Positions 12,094 through 22,319 of a DNA stretch of 39,413 nucleotides are shown here, piece after piece. The DNA comes from Octopus bimaculoides. Its lineage: Eukaryota. Every line of letters starts with the position of its first letter. Position 1 is the stretch's first letter. Where the stretch lies: contig NC_069006.1 of NCBI RefSeq assembly GCF_001194135.2, positions 23,958,609-23,998,021 on the forward strand. Direction: 5' to 3'. Below the pieces are notes generated by a model that was given only the letters and a program-made list of their open reading frames with translations, was not told the origin of the DNA and searched no databases. The position numbers were made by a program, and so were the translations under genes.

Positions 12094-12519
12094 GGTGGGG
12101 TGGAGGAAGAGGGTGTTGCTGGTAACAAGTTGAGTCTCAAGAAAACTGGAGAAACATGAGAGATACAACAAGGAACCCAAGAAAGAAACCGCTTTTTTTT
12201 TTAAATTCTTGTAAACATCTTCAGAGGAAAGATTGAAACCGTATCGCCATCTCCATTTGTTGTTAAAGATGCAGGGGCAGATAATAAGGAGATGTGGTGG
12301 TAGTAGAGAGCAGAAGGGGTAGCGTAGTGCATTGAAGTGTGGTGGCAGTGTAGCAGTGTGGTAGTTGCTGTTATAGTTTAGCAGTGCTGATGTATATTGG
12401 TGGTGTGGAGTCGGGGCAGGGGTAGCGGTAGACAGGGGTTGGTTCTTGAGGTCTAAGTAGGAACCCTTGATTATCTGCTGGGTTCCTACAGCAGATAATC
12501 TGTAGGAACCCAGCAGAGG

Positions 12520-12691
12520 GGAACAGCTGATTACATTGACCCTAATACTTAACTGGTACTTAATTTATCGACTCCAAAAGGATGAAAGGCAAAGTCGACC
12601 TCGGCAGAATTTGAACTCAGAACGTAACGGCAGACGAAATACAGCGAAGCATTTCGCCCGGCGTGCTAACGTTTCTGCCAGCTGTCCACCT
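12520..12691 (-). mobile_element. tRNA-derived SINE, family C, 3' end replaced by an inverted-duplication cluster
   Basis: GAAGGTGGACAGCTGGCAGAAACGTTAGCACGCCGGGCGAAATGC...GAGTTCAAATTCTGCCGAGGTCGACTTTGCCTTTCATCCTTTTGGAGTCGATAAA on the minus strand. Confidence 0.9.
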
Positions 12692-13627
12692 TCACATACC
12701 TATTTAATAATAATGACAAAAATATTTGACTAAATTCCTCAATATTTTCAAAATTAATTGAAACAAAAGCAGTGTATCTCAACAGAATTAATGTTCTGTT
12801 AAAATCAAGGTGTTGATGGTTGTCTATAGAATAAAGGCAGGGGTTCTGTGATTTTGTTTTTTGGGGAAATCATATATGGATGGGATCTGAGTAAAGTATG
12901 TGTGGGAGCTGCTGGTCTAATCTGGTGGAATAGGGAACGGTGTTGGCGCTGTGGTGAAGTATTTGGTGTGATATGCCTTGTGGAGGGAACGATGTAAAAG
13001 TGCAGTGGTGTGGAGGGCATGTGGCAAAGGGTTGGAAGAACAAGGAGGCGCAGTGGAGGAATGTGGAGTGGGTGGTGTCTGGTGAATTCGGCGAGGAGGT
13101 GGGATGCTGAAGAGGGATGGTTAGTGAGGGTGCACCATGGTGAGGAGACGGAAAGGCTAGGAGATGCAATGGACGGATGCAGAGGTGAGTGGTGTGTGAT
13201 GCTGAAGTCGGTAGGGTGGGGTGTTGATGGTGTGGGGGTGTTGTCAGTGTGGGAGTGTTGTGTCGGAGTGTTGTCGGTGTTGGGGTGTTGTGGTGTGGGA
13301 GTGTTGGTGGTGAGGGGGTGTTGGTGGTGTGTGGCTGTTGCTGGGGGGTGGTACGGGGCACAGTGATGCATCAACGGTGTATATGAAGGAGAGTGGCATG
13401 TGGGTGCAACATGGGCCGTAGTTAGGTATGGAGATGGGCAAGGAGTTATGGGTGGTGTAGATTGGTATGGTGGTGCAGTACCATGACATGGACGGGAGGC
13501 GGCGGAGGTGGTGGGAATGGATATTGTAAATAGCTGAGTGACTGTAGTTTGTTTAGAAAGAACATCACCCCTTCTGTAAACAGGAGTGATGGCTGATGAT
13601 TGATGACATTGACAACGGTTATGAAGA

Positions 13628-13850
13628 TTGATGATGATGATGATGATGATGAAGATTGATGATGATGGTGATGATGATGATGATCAGAAGATAACTATGA
13701 AGTTGATAATGATGATGATGATGATAATGATGATGGTGATGGTGGTGATAACAGTGATGATGATAATGGCTATAATTATGACGATGGTGATGGTGATGAT
13801 GAAGACTATGATGATGATGGTGGTGATGGTGATAGTAATGATGATGATGC
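13628..13850. repeat. Degenerate (GAT/GGT)n trinucleotide array
   Basis: Directly visible; source of the poly-Met/Asp/Ile ORFs. Confidence 0.95.
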
Positions 13851-14284
13851 TGGGTTTTATCATACCTGACACATTAAGAAAGCTAAAATGGTGGAAAGAC
13901 AATAAATAGTAAGGTGATGATGTCAGTGGAGGTGGCGTGAAGGTATTCAGTGGGATTGCATTAAAAGAAATAGTTTTTAATGTTTTACCGGGTTTTTTTT
14001 CTCTTTGCCTTTCCCTTATTACATGTTGTTTATTTTATGCTATACATACATATATATATAAATATATATATATATATGGTGTTTGTTTTATCTTTCAGTT
14101 TTGTTGTTGCTGTTGTTGTTGTGTGTTGCATGGCAACAAGCAAGCAGCCGGCAGAGTAGCATGAAGGGCGATGGTGTAACAGTTAAACAGTAGAAGAAGA
14201 AAAATGACACATAGAGGAATGGATGAAGCATTAGGAGGCTACCAGTGCACAGATCTCAAGTTCAACTCTCCAGACAGCGTTTCA

Positions 14285-14362
14285 AAGTGTGTCTGTGTCC
14301 CCCCCCCTCCATCACTTGACAACTGATGCTGGTGTGTTTATGTTCCCACAACTTAGCAGTTC
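14285..14362 (+). mobile_element. SINE family B, internal fragment
   Basis: CCATCACTTGACAACTGATGCTGGTGTGTTTATGTTCCCACAACTTAGCAGTTC matches 8555-8610; truncated at the Tigger relic. Confidence 0.8.
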
Positions 14363-14369
14363 AACTGGC

Positions 14370-14625
14370 TCGAGAAGGAACAAACAACAATATTATATCC
14401 GTTTTCTGAATCACTTTCACTCGCATCAGACTCATGCACAGCATCACTTGTAGATGCGATTGCTGATTCACAAGAACTCGTAGACGGACTTGGTAGATTT
14501 CTTTTTAAGAAAGAGGTCTAGAGTTGTTTGCTTAGAAGAAGCCTTTTTTTTCGCTCTCCCATTTCTTGGAAACTTTTGCACTTCGTTCAAAATTTGGGTC
14601 TTGTTCTTGAAAACTAAAACTTGTA
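14370..14625 (-). mobile_element. Tigger/pogo-type transposase C-terminal relic (frameshifted)
   Basis: Minus strand gives FQEQDPNFERSAKVS, then after a frameshift KKKASSKQTTLDLFLKKKS and an acidic/Ser tail (SDAVHESDASESDSE). This matches the remembered Tigger/TIGD-type C-terminus (QDPN.ER..KV ... KK.T.QT.LD.FF). Confidence 0.7.
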
Positions 14626-15047
14626 AATTCAGGGTCTCTTAAAGTGTCTCAGAGATTATTTAAGTGTCTCAGAGATTATTTAAGAAGCAGAGACCAAAAT
14701 CTTCACAAGACTTGAATGGAAAGAGGAAGCTTTGTCTTTTCAGAGATAATCTACAAGTAACATCCACATTAGAAGAAGTACAGGTCTTTATTTGCTGGAT
14801 TTATGGCCAAATCTCTAAGCTGAGGATTAGAGTTTGGAATAATTTCCATTACTCAACCACCATAGGAATTCTCCAGTCTGCAATACTGACAGAGGCCACC
14901 TGCTGCATATTTACACACACATACACATACACATGCATACTCACACACACACACACACACACAATAAAGATGTGTGAGAAATATTTACAAGTGCAGTGTA
15001 GGTGTGTAGGTGTGTGTGTGTATGTGTTCACAATTGTGAATATGTAA

Positions 15048-15078
<31 letters not shown>

Positions 15079-15389
15079 NNNNNNNNNNGAGAGAGAGAGA
15101 GAGAGAGAGAGATTACTTACCCAGGTACAAGTCCATACACATTTTCATGTAAAGACTGATCGACACCTGGCAGTGAGAGGTTTATTTCAGTGAAAAGAAT
15201 GTTGTTAACCAAGAGTTATTTTTACCCGGGTGTTTATAGAGAACGTGCTAGTATCAATACACATTAACACACTCCTGCCCTGTATCTACCCCATATTTCT
15301 ACCCAGTTCCTCTTTACTGCATTATTAAACAAAACACAACACAGTGTACTCTGCTTTACACAGCTGCCATTTCAACATTATTGTAAAAG

Positions 15390-15730
15390 TAAGGACTCCC
15401 CACCCCCTGGTCACGAATGACCATCAGATTGCACCTAGAAAGTTCCCCTCTGGGGCACAAATCTGGGCAAGGTTGTTTATGGAAGACCAGCAGTCACCCA
15501 TGCATACCAGCCTCCCCTCTCCACACCACTAAAGTTATCCAAGGGAAAGGCAAAGGGGCCAATACAGCTTGGCACCAGTGATGCTGCAACTCATTTCTAC
15601 AGCTGAATGAACTGGAAACTGTGAAAAAAAGACTTGCTCAAGAACACAACACACAGCCTGCCCAGGGAATCAAACTCACTACCTCATGATTGTGAGCCTG
15701 ACGCTTTAACCACTGAGCCATGTGCCTTCA
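15390..15730 (-). mobile_element. tRNA-derived SINE, family E, near full length
   Basis: Minus-strand head GAAGGCACATGGCTCAGTGGTTAAAGCGTCAGGCTCACAATCATGAGGTAGTGAGTTTGATTCCC (A box TGGCTCAGTGG, B box GAGTTTGATTCC), followed by a ~270-nt body. Confidence 0.85.
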
Positions 15731-15888
15731 GCATTATAGTAATATGTTTAGAAAACAAAAGTTCACCTTTACCCCATCTTCATACACAGGGCTGCATGAT
15801 ACAGGCACATACTTGACTTCCTTTAGTGCAGATGGTGCACCATTGCTGTTTCACTCTTAGGAAGAATGTCATTGACAAGTGATGTTGC

Positions 15889-15983
15889 ACTTACCTGTGG
15901 AAAGAAAAGAAGAAACAAAAAAAAAAATGGATATAAAAGAGAACAAAAAGAAAACAAAACAAAAATCTCATCCAAGGTTAGTA
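15889..15983 (-). other. Strong 3' splice site (branch point + polypyrimidine tract + CAG) immediately followed by GTAAGT; candidate recursive splice site
   Basis: TACTAAC at 15983-15977, ~70 nt T/C-rich tract, CCACAG ending at 15895, then GTAAGT at 15894-15889. Confidence 0.55.
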
Positions 15984-16566
15984 AAAATGAGTACCAGTCA
16001 TATTCCTGGGTGAAAGTTGATTTGGTTGACTGCATGCCTTTCCCTGAAAATGTATAGCTTTGTGTTGGTGTGAGAAATCAACCCAAACACAGTACTGCAA
16101 ACAACAGCAACCACCACCACCACCACTATGACCATCATTACAACTACTTAGATCAGTTTCGGCCGGAGTTGTCCCAGTCCATGGCTAACTTAAAAGCATC
16201 ACTACTACTACTGCTACAAACATTAATACCACCACCACCACAATTACGACTCATTTCCAGACGAAGCTTCCACCCCCAAGGGGTACGGTTTTTGTTGTTA
16301 TTACTAGCAACCAGGCAAAACAAGGCGCCACCATTCCCCACCACTCTCTACACTCAGTAAACTCAAACGCTGAAGGTTAACCCTAACTTGTATAATAGAG
16401 AGCAGTTTTAATCACTCCTAATCCCCATCTCAGCCATTTTAATGACAGAATCACCGAGACAAGGAAGGGCACCTTTTACTGGGGTACCATTTTTTGACTG
16501 CATGTGGCTGCTGCCACTGCTTCTCCTGTTGCTAAAGTCTGATTATGTAAGTAATTATAAAATTTG

Positions 16567-16940
16567 ATATTGTTGTATTTGGGGATGGTCATTTTGCCAA
16601 TGAACGCACAACACACACACTGTTTATTTGATCTTCACTTTATCAGCATAGTTCTTTCATCACATATTGAGACCTCTTCAATGATTATCTGCTTTTTTTT
16701 TTTGTTTTTGTGTCTCCTCTCATCTCTGGTCGTGTCCTGTCTATTTCACAGGACAAGAACAGAAAGAAGTGGAAACATGGAGAATAGGCAGTCATTGAAG
16801 GGGTCACAAAATATGTGACAAAAGACCTCTAACAAATAAACAATAACAATTGCTAATAATGGTAAAGCTGAAGTGAAGGTCATATAAATAATGCACGTGT
16901 TTAATTGACGTAAGACGACCATCCCCGAATATAACAATAT
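16567..16940. mobile_element. Fold-back (palindromic) MITE-like element
   Basis: Left arm ATATTGTTGTATTTGGGGATGGTC... versus reverse-complemented right arm ATATTGTTATATTCGGGGATGGTC...; similarity continues inward to TGTCCTGT-CTATTTC-ACAGGACA at 16733-16755. Confidence 0.8.
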
Positions 16941-17157
16941 TTGTTTCAACACACGATTTCCCATCAAGAAACTTGCAAAACAAATACATTGATTAGGAAT
17001 AGTCTTTCCACTGTCAAACCCAGCACCGGATTAACCATTAAGCAAAATAAGCACGCGTTTAGAGCATCAAGGGACAAGGGCACCACAGAAATGGTAAATG
17101 GTTTACGGCACAAAAGAAATCACTTTGAATTTGCTAAAATAATATTTGTAATGCCTT

Positions 17158-17280
17158 AAGGTGGTGAGCTGGCAGAAACGTTAACATGCCAGGTGAAATG
17201 CTTGGTGGTATTTCGTCTGTCTGGGACTGAACCCAGAACCATGTGGTTGGTAAGCAAGCTACTTACCACACAGCCACTCC
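17158..17280. mobile_element. Tail-to-tail fusion of a family C 5' fragment (+, 17158-17222) and a family B head (-, 17223-17280)
   Basis: The B head is identical over 58 nt to 8341-8398; the C fragment matches the starts of 32136 and of 12691 (minus). Confidence 0.85.
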
Positions 17281-17286
17281 TGTGCC

Positions 17287-17318
<32 letters not shown>

Positions 17319-17979
17319 TACATATGCATACATATATGCACACACACACATACACACGCATTGTCTAAAACCATGCTCGCCTAGATTGTAATAATATTGT
17401 GTTTGATTAGGAACAAGTTCATCACCATATGACACCGTGATCAGGGTGTGTGGGTGTGCATAACGACTGGATGGAGAAGGTGGGGGTGGGGGTAGATTTA
17501 AGTGGAAAACAAGATGTTCAGTTATATACACAAACTACTGTGTGTAGAAGCAAGACAGATGGCTGGGTCGTGTTTTCACACTGGAGACCCGAGGAAACAT
17601 TTAGGTACAATTACACTCAGCTACACATGTTGTGCATGTACATTCTACACACAGTAGTTGTCTGAACAGACTGGCAAAACTACGTGTATATATACATATA
17701 TATACACACACATATATGGTTGGTTTGTTAAATAAATAGAGAACATAATTTACTCAAGAACCTTGCAGCTGCTGGTGTTGTATTGGACACCATAGCATGC
17801 ACACGCACATACACATGTACACACATACAAACGTACACACGCATGCACATATACACATACAAACGTATAGACATGTATATTTCCTTGTGTTTTATATTTG
17901 AAATCTCTCACCAATGGAGAAAGAACTGGGTTCTAGTCTGGAAACAAGACTCTTTCATTGGAATTACTTATTTTTGCCA

Positions 17980-18097
17980 GCAGAGTAAATTGAAGCAACA
18001 CGAAATGAAGTGTTTGGCTCAAGAATACAATGCATTGTCTGGTCGAGGAATTGAAACCACAATCTTACAATCACGAGTGCAACATCCTAACCATTGA
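17980..18097 (-). mobile_element. tRNA-derived SINE head fragment (family E-like)
   Basis: Minus: GACTCAATGGTTAGGATGTTGCACTCGTGATTGTAAGATTGTGGTTTCAATTCC...CATTGTATTCTTGAGCCAAACAC. Confidence 0.7.
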
Positions 18098-19219
18098 GTC
18101 AAGCATCTCTGCAATGTTCTATGNNNNNNNNNNNNNNNNNNNNNNNNNNNNNNNNNNNNNNNNNNNNNNNNNNNNNNNNNNNNNNNNNNNNNNNNNNNNN
18201 NNNNNNNNNNNNNNNNNNNNNNNNNNNNNNNNNNNNNNNNNNNNNNNNNNNNNNNNNNNNNNNNNNNNNNNNNNNNNNNNNNNNNNNNNNNNNNNNNNNN
18301 NNNNNNNNNNNNNNNNNNNNNNNNNNNNNNNNNNNNNNNNNNNNNNNNNNNNNNNNNNNNNNNNNNNNNNNNNNNNNNNNNNNNNNNNNNNNNNNNNNNN
18401 NNNNNNNNNNNNNNNNNNNNNNNNNNNNNNNNNNNNNNNNNNNNNNNNNNNNNNNNNNNNNNNNNNNNNNNNNNNNNNNNNNNNNNNNNNNNNNNNNNNN
18501 NNNNNNNNNNNNNNNNNNNNNNNNNNNNNNNNNNNNNNNNNNNNNNNNNNNNNNCTTGGAATGAAAGAGGTGGGGGTGAGTTAGTGAGTGTAAGAGAGTA
18601 AGTATATTTATGTCTGTCTGTGTGTGTGTGTGTGTTGGTGGTGGGGTATGGAGCGGGGGTGGGGAGCAGGGGGAGGAGGCACAAGAGAAAGACAGAAAGA
18701 GAAAAAGTAAACCAGTGGCAAACGTGGACAGACAGACAGGCAAACAGACAGGCAGACAAACAGACAGACAGACAGGCCTCTTCCCCAACTTCCTGAAGAG
18801 TTTATAGTTAGCATGGGTCTTTCTATTATTTTTTTTGTATTCTTCAGTAGCAGCTCTACAAACCCAGAATGGAAGTTTGTGTGAGTGAATGTGTGTGTGT
18901 GCATGTGTATATGGGAAGTGTGTGTGTGTGTGTGTGTATGCATGGGAAGTGTATGTGTGTATATATGTGTTTTTGTATGTGTATGTATATGTATGGGTGT
19001 ATGTGTGTGTATGTATGGAGAGTATGTTTATGTATGTGTGTGTGTGGAGGAGGAGGTGAAGGAGGAGAAAGAGGAGGGGTCACATCTATCAGCTTCCAAG
19101 TCTCCAAACATTATCTGAGAGAAGTCAGAAACCAAATGCTACGGCAGAGAGGACAGGTAGAGCAGGGACGCAGTGGGGGGCACGGCTGGGAAGGACTAGT
19201 AGAAATGGTGACATGGGGG

Positions 19220-20150
19220 TGGGGTGGAGATGATGGTGGTGGGTGGTGTTGGCGATGGAGATGTTGGTGATGGTAGCAGTGATAGGTGCAGGGTGGGAGG
19301 GTTTATGGTGGTGATTGCATGGAGGTGGTGGTGATGATGACATGGTGGTGGTGGCGGTGCAGATAATGACATGGTGGTGGTGGTGATGGTAGTGATTGGT
19401 GAAATGTGATAGTGAGGGTGGAGGTGATGACGACGACGACGACGACGACGACGATGATGATGATGCCTGTTGCAAGGATGAAGATTATGACATTAACAAT
19501 GGTAGTAACGTGTCTGGTGCTGGTGGCAGCCAATCTATTGGTGGCGGAGGTGGAAGCAGCAGAAGCAGAGGTATCAATGAAAGTATTAAGTGATGGTGGT
19601 GGTATCAACCAATGCGTTAATGTTAATAGGGGGTGGTGTTGGTGGAGTAACAGGGGTCTCCTTCTCTACATGTTATGGTGACGGTGGTGGTAGTGGTGAT
19701 GATGATAATGGTGGTGGTGGCGGTGGTGTCAAACGAGGGAGTTAATACAGTGATGGCAATAAAAGTAATGGTATTGGTATTAGCGGCAGTGGTTTATAAC
19801 ATAATGTGGATAATAACAGGGGTGGTCTACATGTTGTCTTAAAAACCCGTGGTGGTGGTCGTGGTGTGGCAATAATAGAGATCGAGGGTGGTCTACATGT
19901 GTTAACAGCAGAGGTGAAGGTGGTGGCAGTAGTGGCAGTGGTGGTGATGATGGAGATGGTTGTAGTGGCGATGGCAGAAGATCCTGGTGATAATGGAGAG
20001 CCGGTGGAGATGATGGGGGGGGGAATTCGTGGTGGTGGTGGTGATGACAGAGGTGGTGGTGGTGGCGGTGGAGAAGGAAATGGCAATGGTGGTGATCAGG
20101 ACGATGATGATGATGATGATAACAATGGCGGTAGTGGTGATGACAAGACA
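19220..20150. repeat. Long degenerate (GGT/GAT/GAC)n low-complexity block
   Basis: Directly visible; gives overlapping poly-Pro/Gly/Thr/Val ORFs on both strands. Confidence 0.9.
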
Positions 20151-22039
20151 GTCGGAAAAGTGTGAATGCTTAAAGAAACTATTACCACCACCACCAACAC
20201 CACCATTTTTAAATAATCGTCTTTGTTTTAGACATGTACCCCTCATTCTTTTTTTCTTATGACTTCTTTTTCAAAATGGTACATGAAGAATTTGCAGAAA
20301 TTTGTCTGCTAACAGGTCAAATGGCCTGTGGTGCCTCTGTGTGTGTGTGTCAAAAGATCAGAAAACAAGCTGATAGTGGTGGTGGTGGTGGTGATGACGA
20401 TGATGATGATTATGTAATGGAACAGTGGTGTTGGTAGTGGTGATGACGATGACGATGATGATGATGATGCCAGTTATGTACACATGGAGAGTGAAGGAAG
20501 AACTAAGCACATTTCATGTTGGTATTCAGTGATGCGCGCATGCTTCCTGTAGAAACACAGCATGGCAAGGGACAGGGAGGGTCGGGGGAAGACGAGATGC
20601 TGCTGTCAACCCTCAGTGAACAGAAATGCGATCAAAGACATTCTGACCACGACTACCCGTTTGCATAATCGTCATAGTGGTGTTGGTTGTAGCAGTGATG
20701 TTGATGGTGATGATGGTGGTGGTGGCGGTGGTGGTGGTGGTAGCATTGACAAACGTTTGATGGTGGTGAGTAAATGAAAGGTGAACAGCTTCATGCAAAA
20801 GTAGGGAGGTAGTGTGTATATGTGTGTGTATATGTGTATGTATGTATATATATATATATATATATATATGACCATCTCTTCATTCTTTTGATTGATAGAC
20901 AGATAGATAGAAAGATAGATAGACAGACAGATAAACAGACAAACAAACAAGCAGATAAATAAATAGATGGACAGATAGATAGATAGACAGACAGACAGAC
21001 ATATAAATATACATATATTCAAGCTGGTAGGGAGTGAGTTAAAGGAAAATTTACGTCTATTTCTAGCAGACTGCATGACCACACAGAAGCTGCCTCCCTA
21101 TGTAGTTGATGTATGTGCAGAAAATAAATTGCTAGCAGTGGTGATAGTATGGCGGTAGTACTACACAGTAAAGATGGTGGTGGTGATGACGATGATGATG
21201 AGGGTGGTGGTGATGATGATGATGATGTGGGTGATGGTGGTGATACATATAGTTAAGACATAGGGATAGACAAGCTGACTTTTATCAGTACAGTTCAGGG
21301 AGATGCTGGCCTGGAGTTTGAAGCAGGAGTAAGCTGTACAGGGGCAATACCCTTACCCCGACCCCAACACCGTTCCTTTCTATTTTACCCCCATTTTACA
21401 TCTAACCAAGGACTGTAATCAGATAGTAAAGTTATAACGTAAAGAACAAGAAAACAAACAAACAAACAAAACGAAATATATACAAAAACTGAAGACTGGA
21501 GTATAACAAAACCTGGTTAGTTGGCTGGGTGTAAGGGTAGATGCAATGGAGAAGCTGGGTAGACGGGATTATGGTGATAAAACACACGCATTCAGTCACA
21601 ACATAGATATGTACAGAAATCCGAGACACACACTAATAAATAAACACATGCATAAGTGCACACACACATGCATAAACACACACATATACAATTAGTCACA
21701 GCATAAATATGTACTGAAACATACACACACAAACATACATAAAAACACATGCACACAGACATGCATAAGCACATATATGCATTCAGTCACAACAGAAATT
21801 TGAGACACACACAGCCACTCACATACATGAACACTAGCAAATACATGCATAACATACACATACAATACATACACACAGTCGGCACTTTCAAGTGAGAGAT
21901 GCCCCAAGTGCAAACACAATCAGGAACTTGGTTCATCGTTTTTAGAAACAAGGGGCAGTAAGTGATCTCCCACAACATGGGAGACCTCACCCTGTCAGAA
22001 CCGATGATATAGCTGACCGTTGACTGAACACTATTCAAT

Positions 22040-22202
22040 TTTTTTTTCTCCGTGTTTTTCTCCTTGTCTCCGTATTCTTTCTGTTGAAGAGCGTAGCTCG
22101 AAACGTCAAAGACTTTCCGTATTCCCGAGCGTCATACTAATATATCCTTTTGTTATTTACACCACCTGTCCTCGTCTGTTGTTATTATTTGTATATTCTC
22201 CC
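22040..22202 (+). mobile_element. Penelope-like retroelement terminal fragment containing a hammerhead-like motif
   Basis: TCTTTCTGTTGAAGAGCGTAGCTCGAAACGTCAAAGA (PLE-type ...GA...CGAAACGT signature), followed by a T-rich tail running into (TA)n. Confidence 0.6.
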
Positions 22203-22213
22203 ATATATATATA

Positions 22214-22251
<38 letters not shown>

Positions 22252-22319
22252 NNNNNNNNNNNNNNNNNNNNNNNNNNNNNNNNNNNNNNNNNNNNNNNNN
22301 NNNNNNNNNNNNNATATAT

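Noticed and set aside
12800-13380. G-rich GGTGTTG-type degenerate array giving His/Thr/Pro-rich ORFs and possible G-quadruplexes
   Set aside because: Ordinary low-complexity DNA in this genome; no defined unit or flanking evidence of function.
14770-14830. Minus-strand LRDLAINPANKDLYF, resembling an LDLR/YWTD repeat
   Set aside because: Flanked by stops in that frame, no YWTD motif and no usable splice sites.
21930-21963. TTTTTAG|AAACAAGGGGCA|GTAAGT possible 12-nt microexon
   Set aside because: Very short pyrimidine tract; expected by chance in 39 kb.
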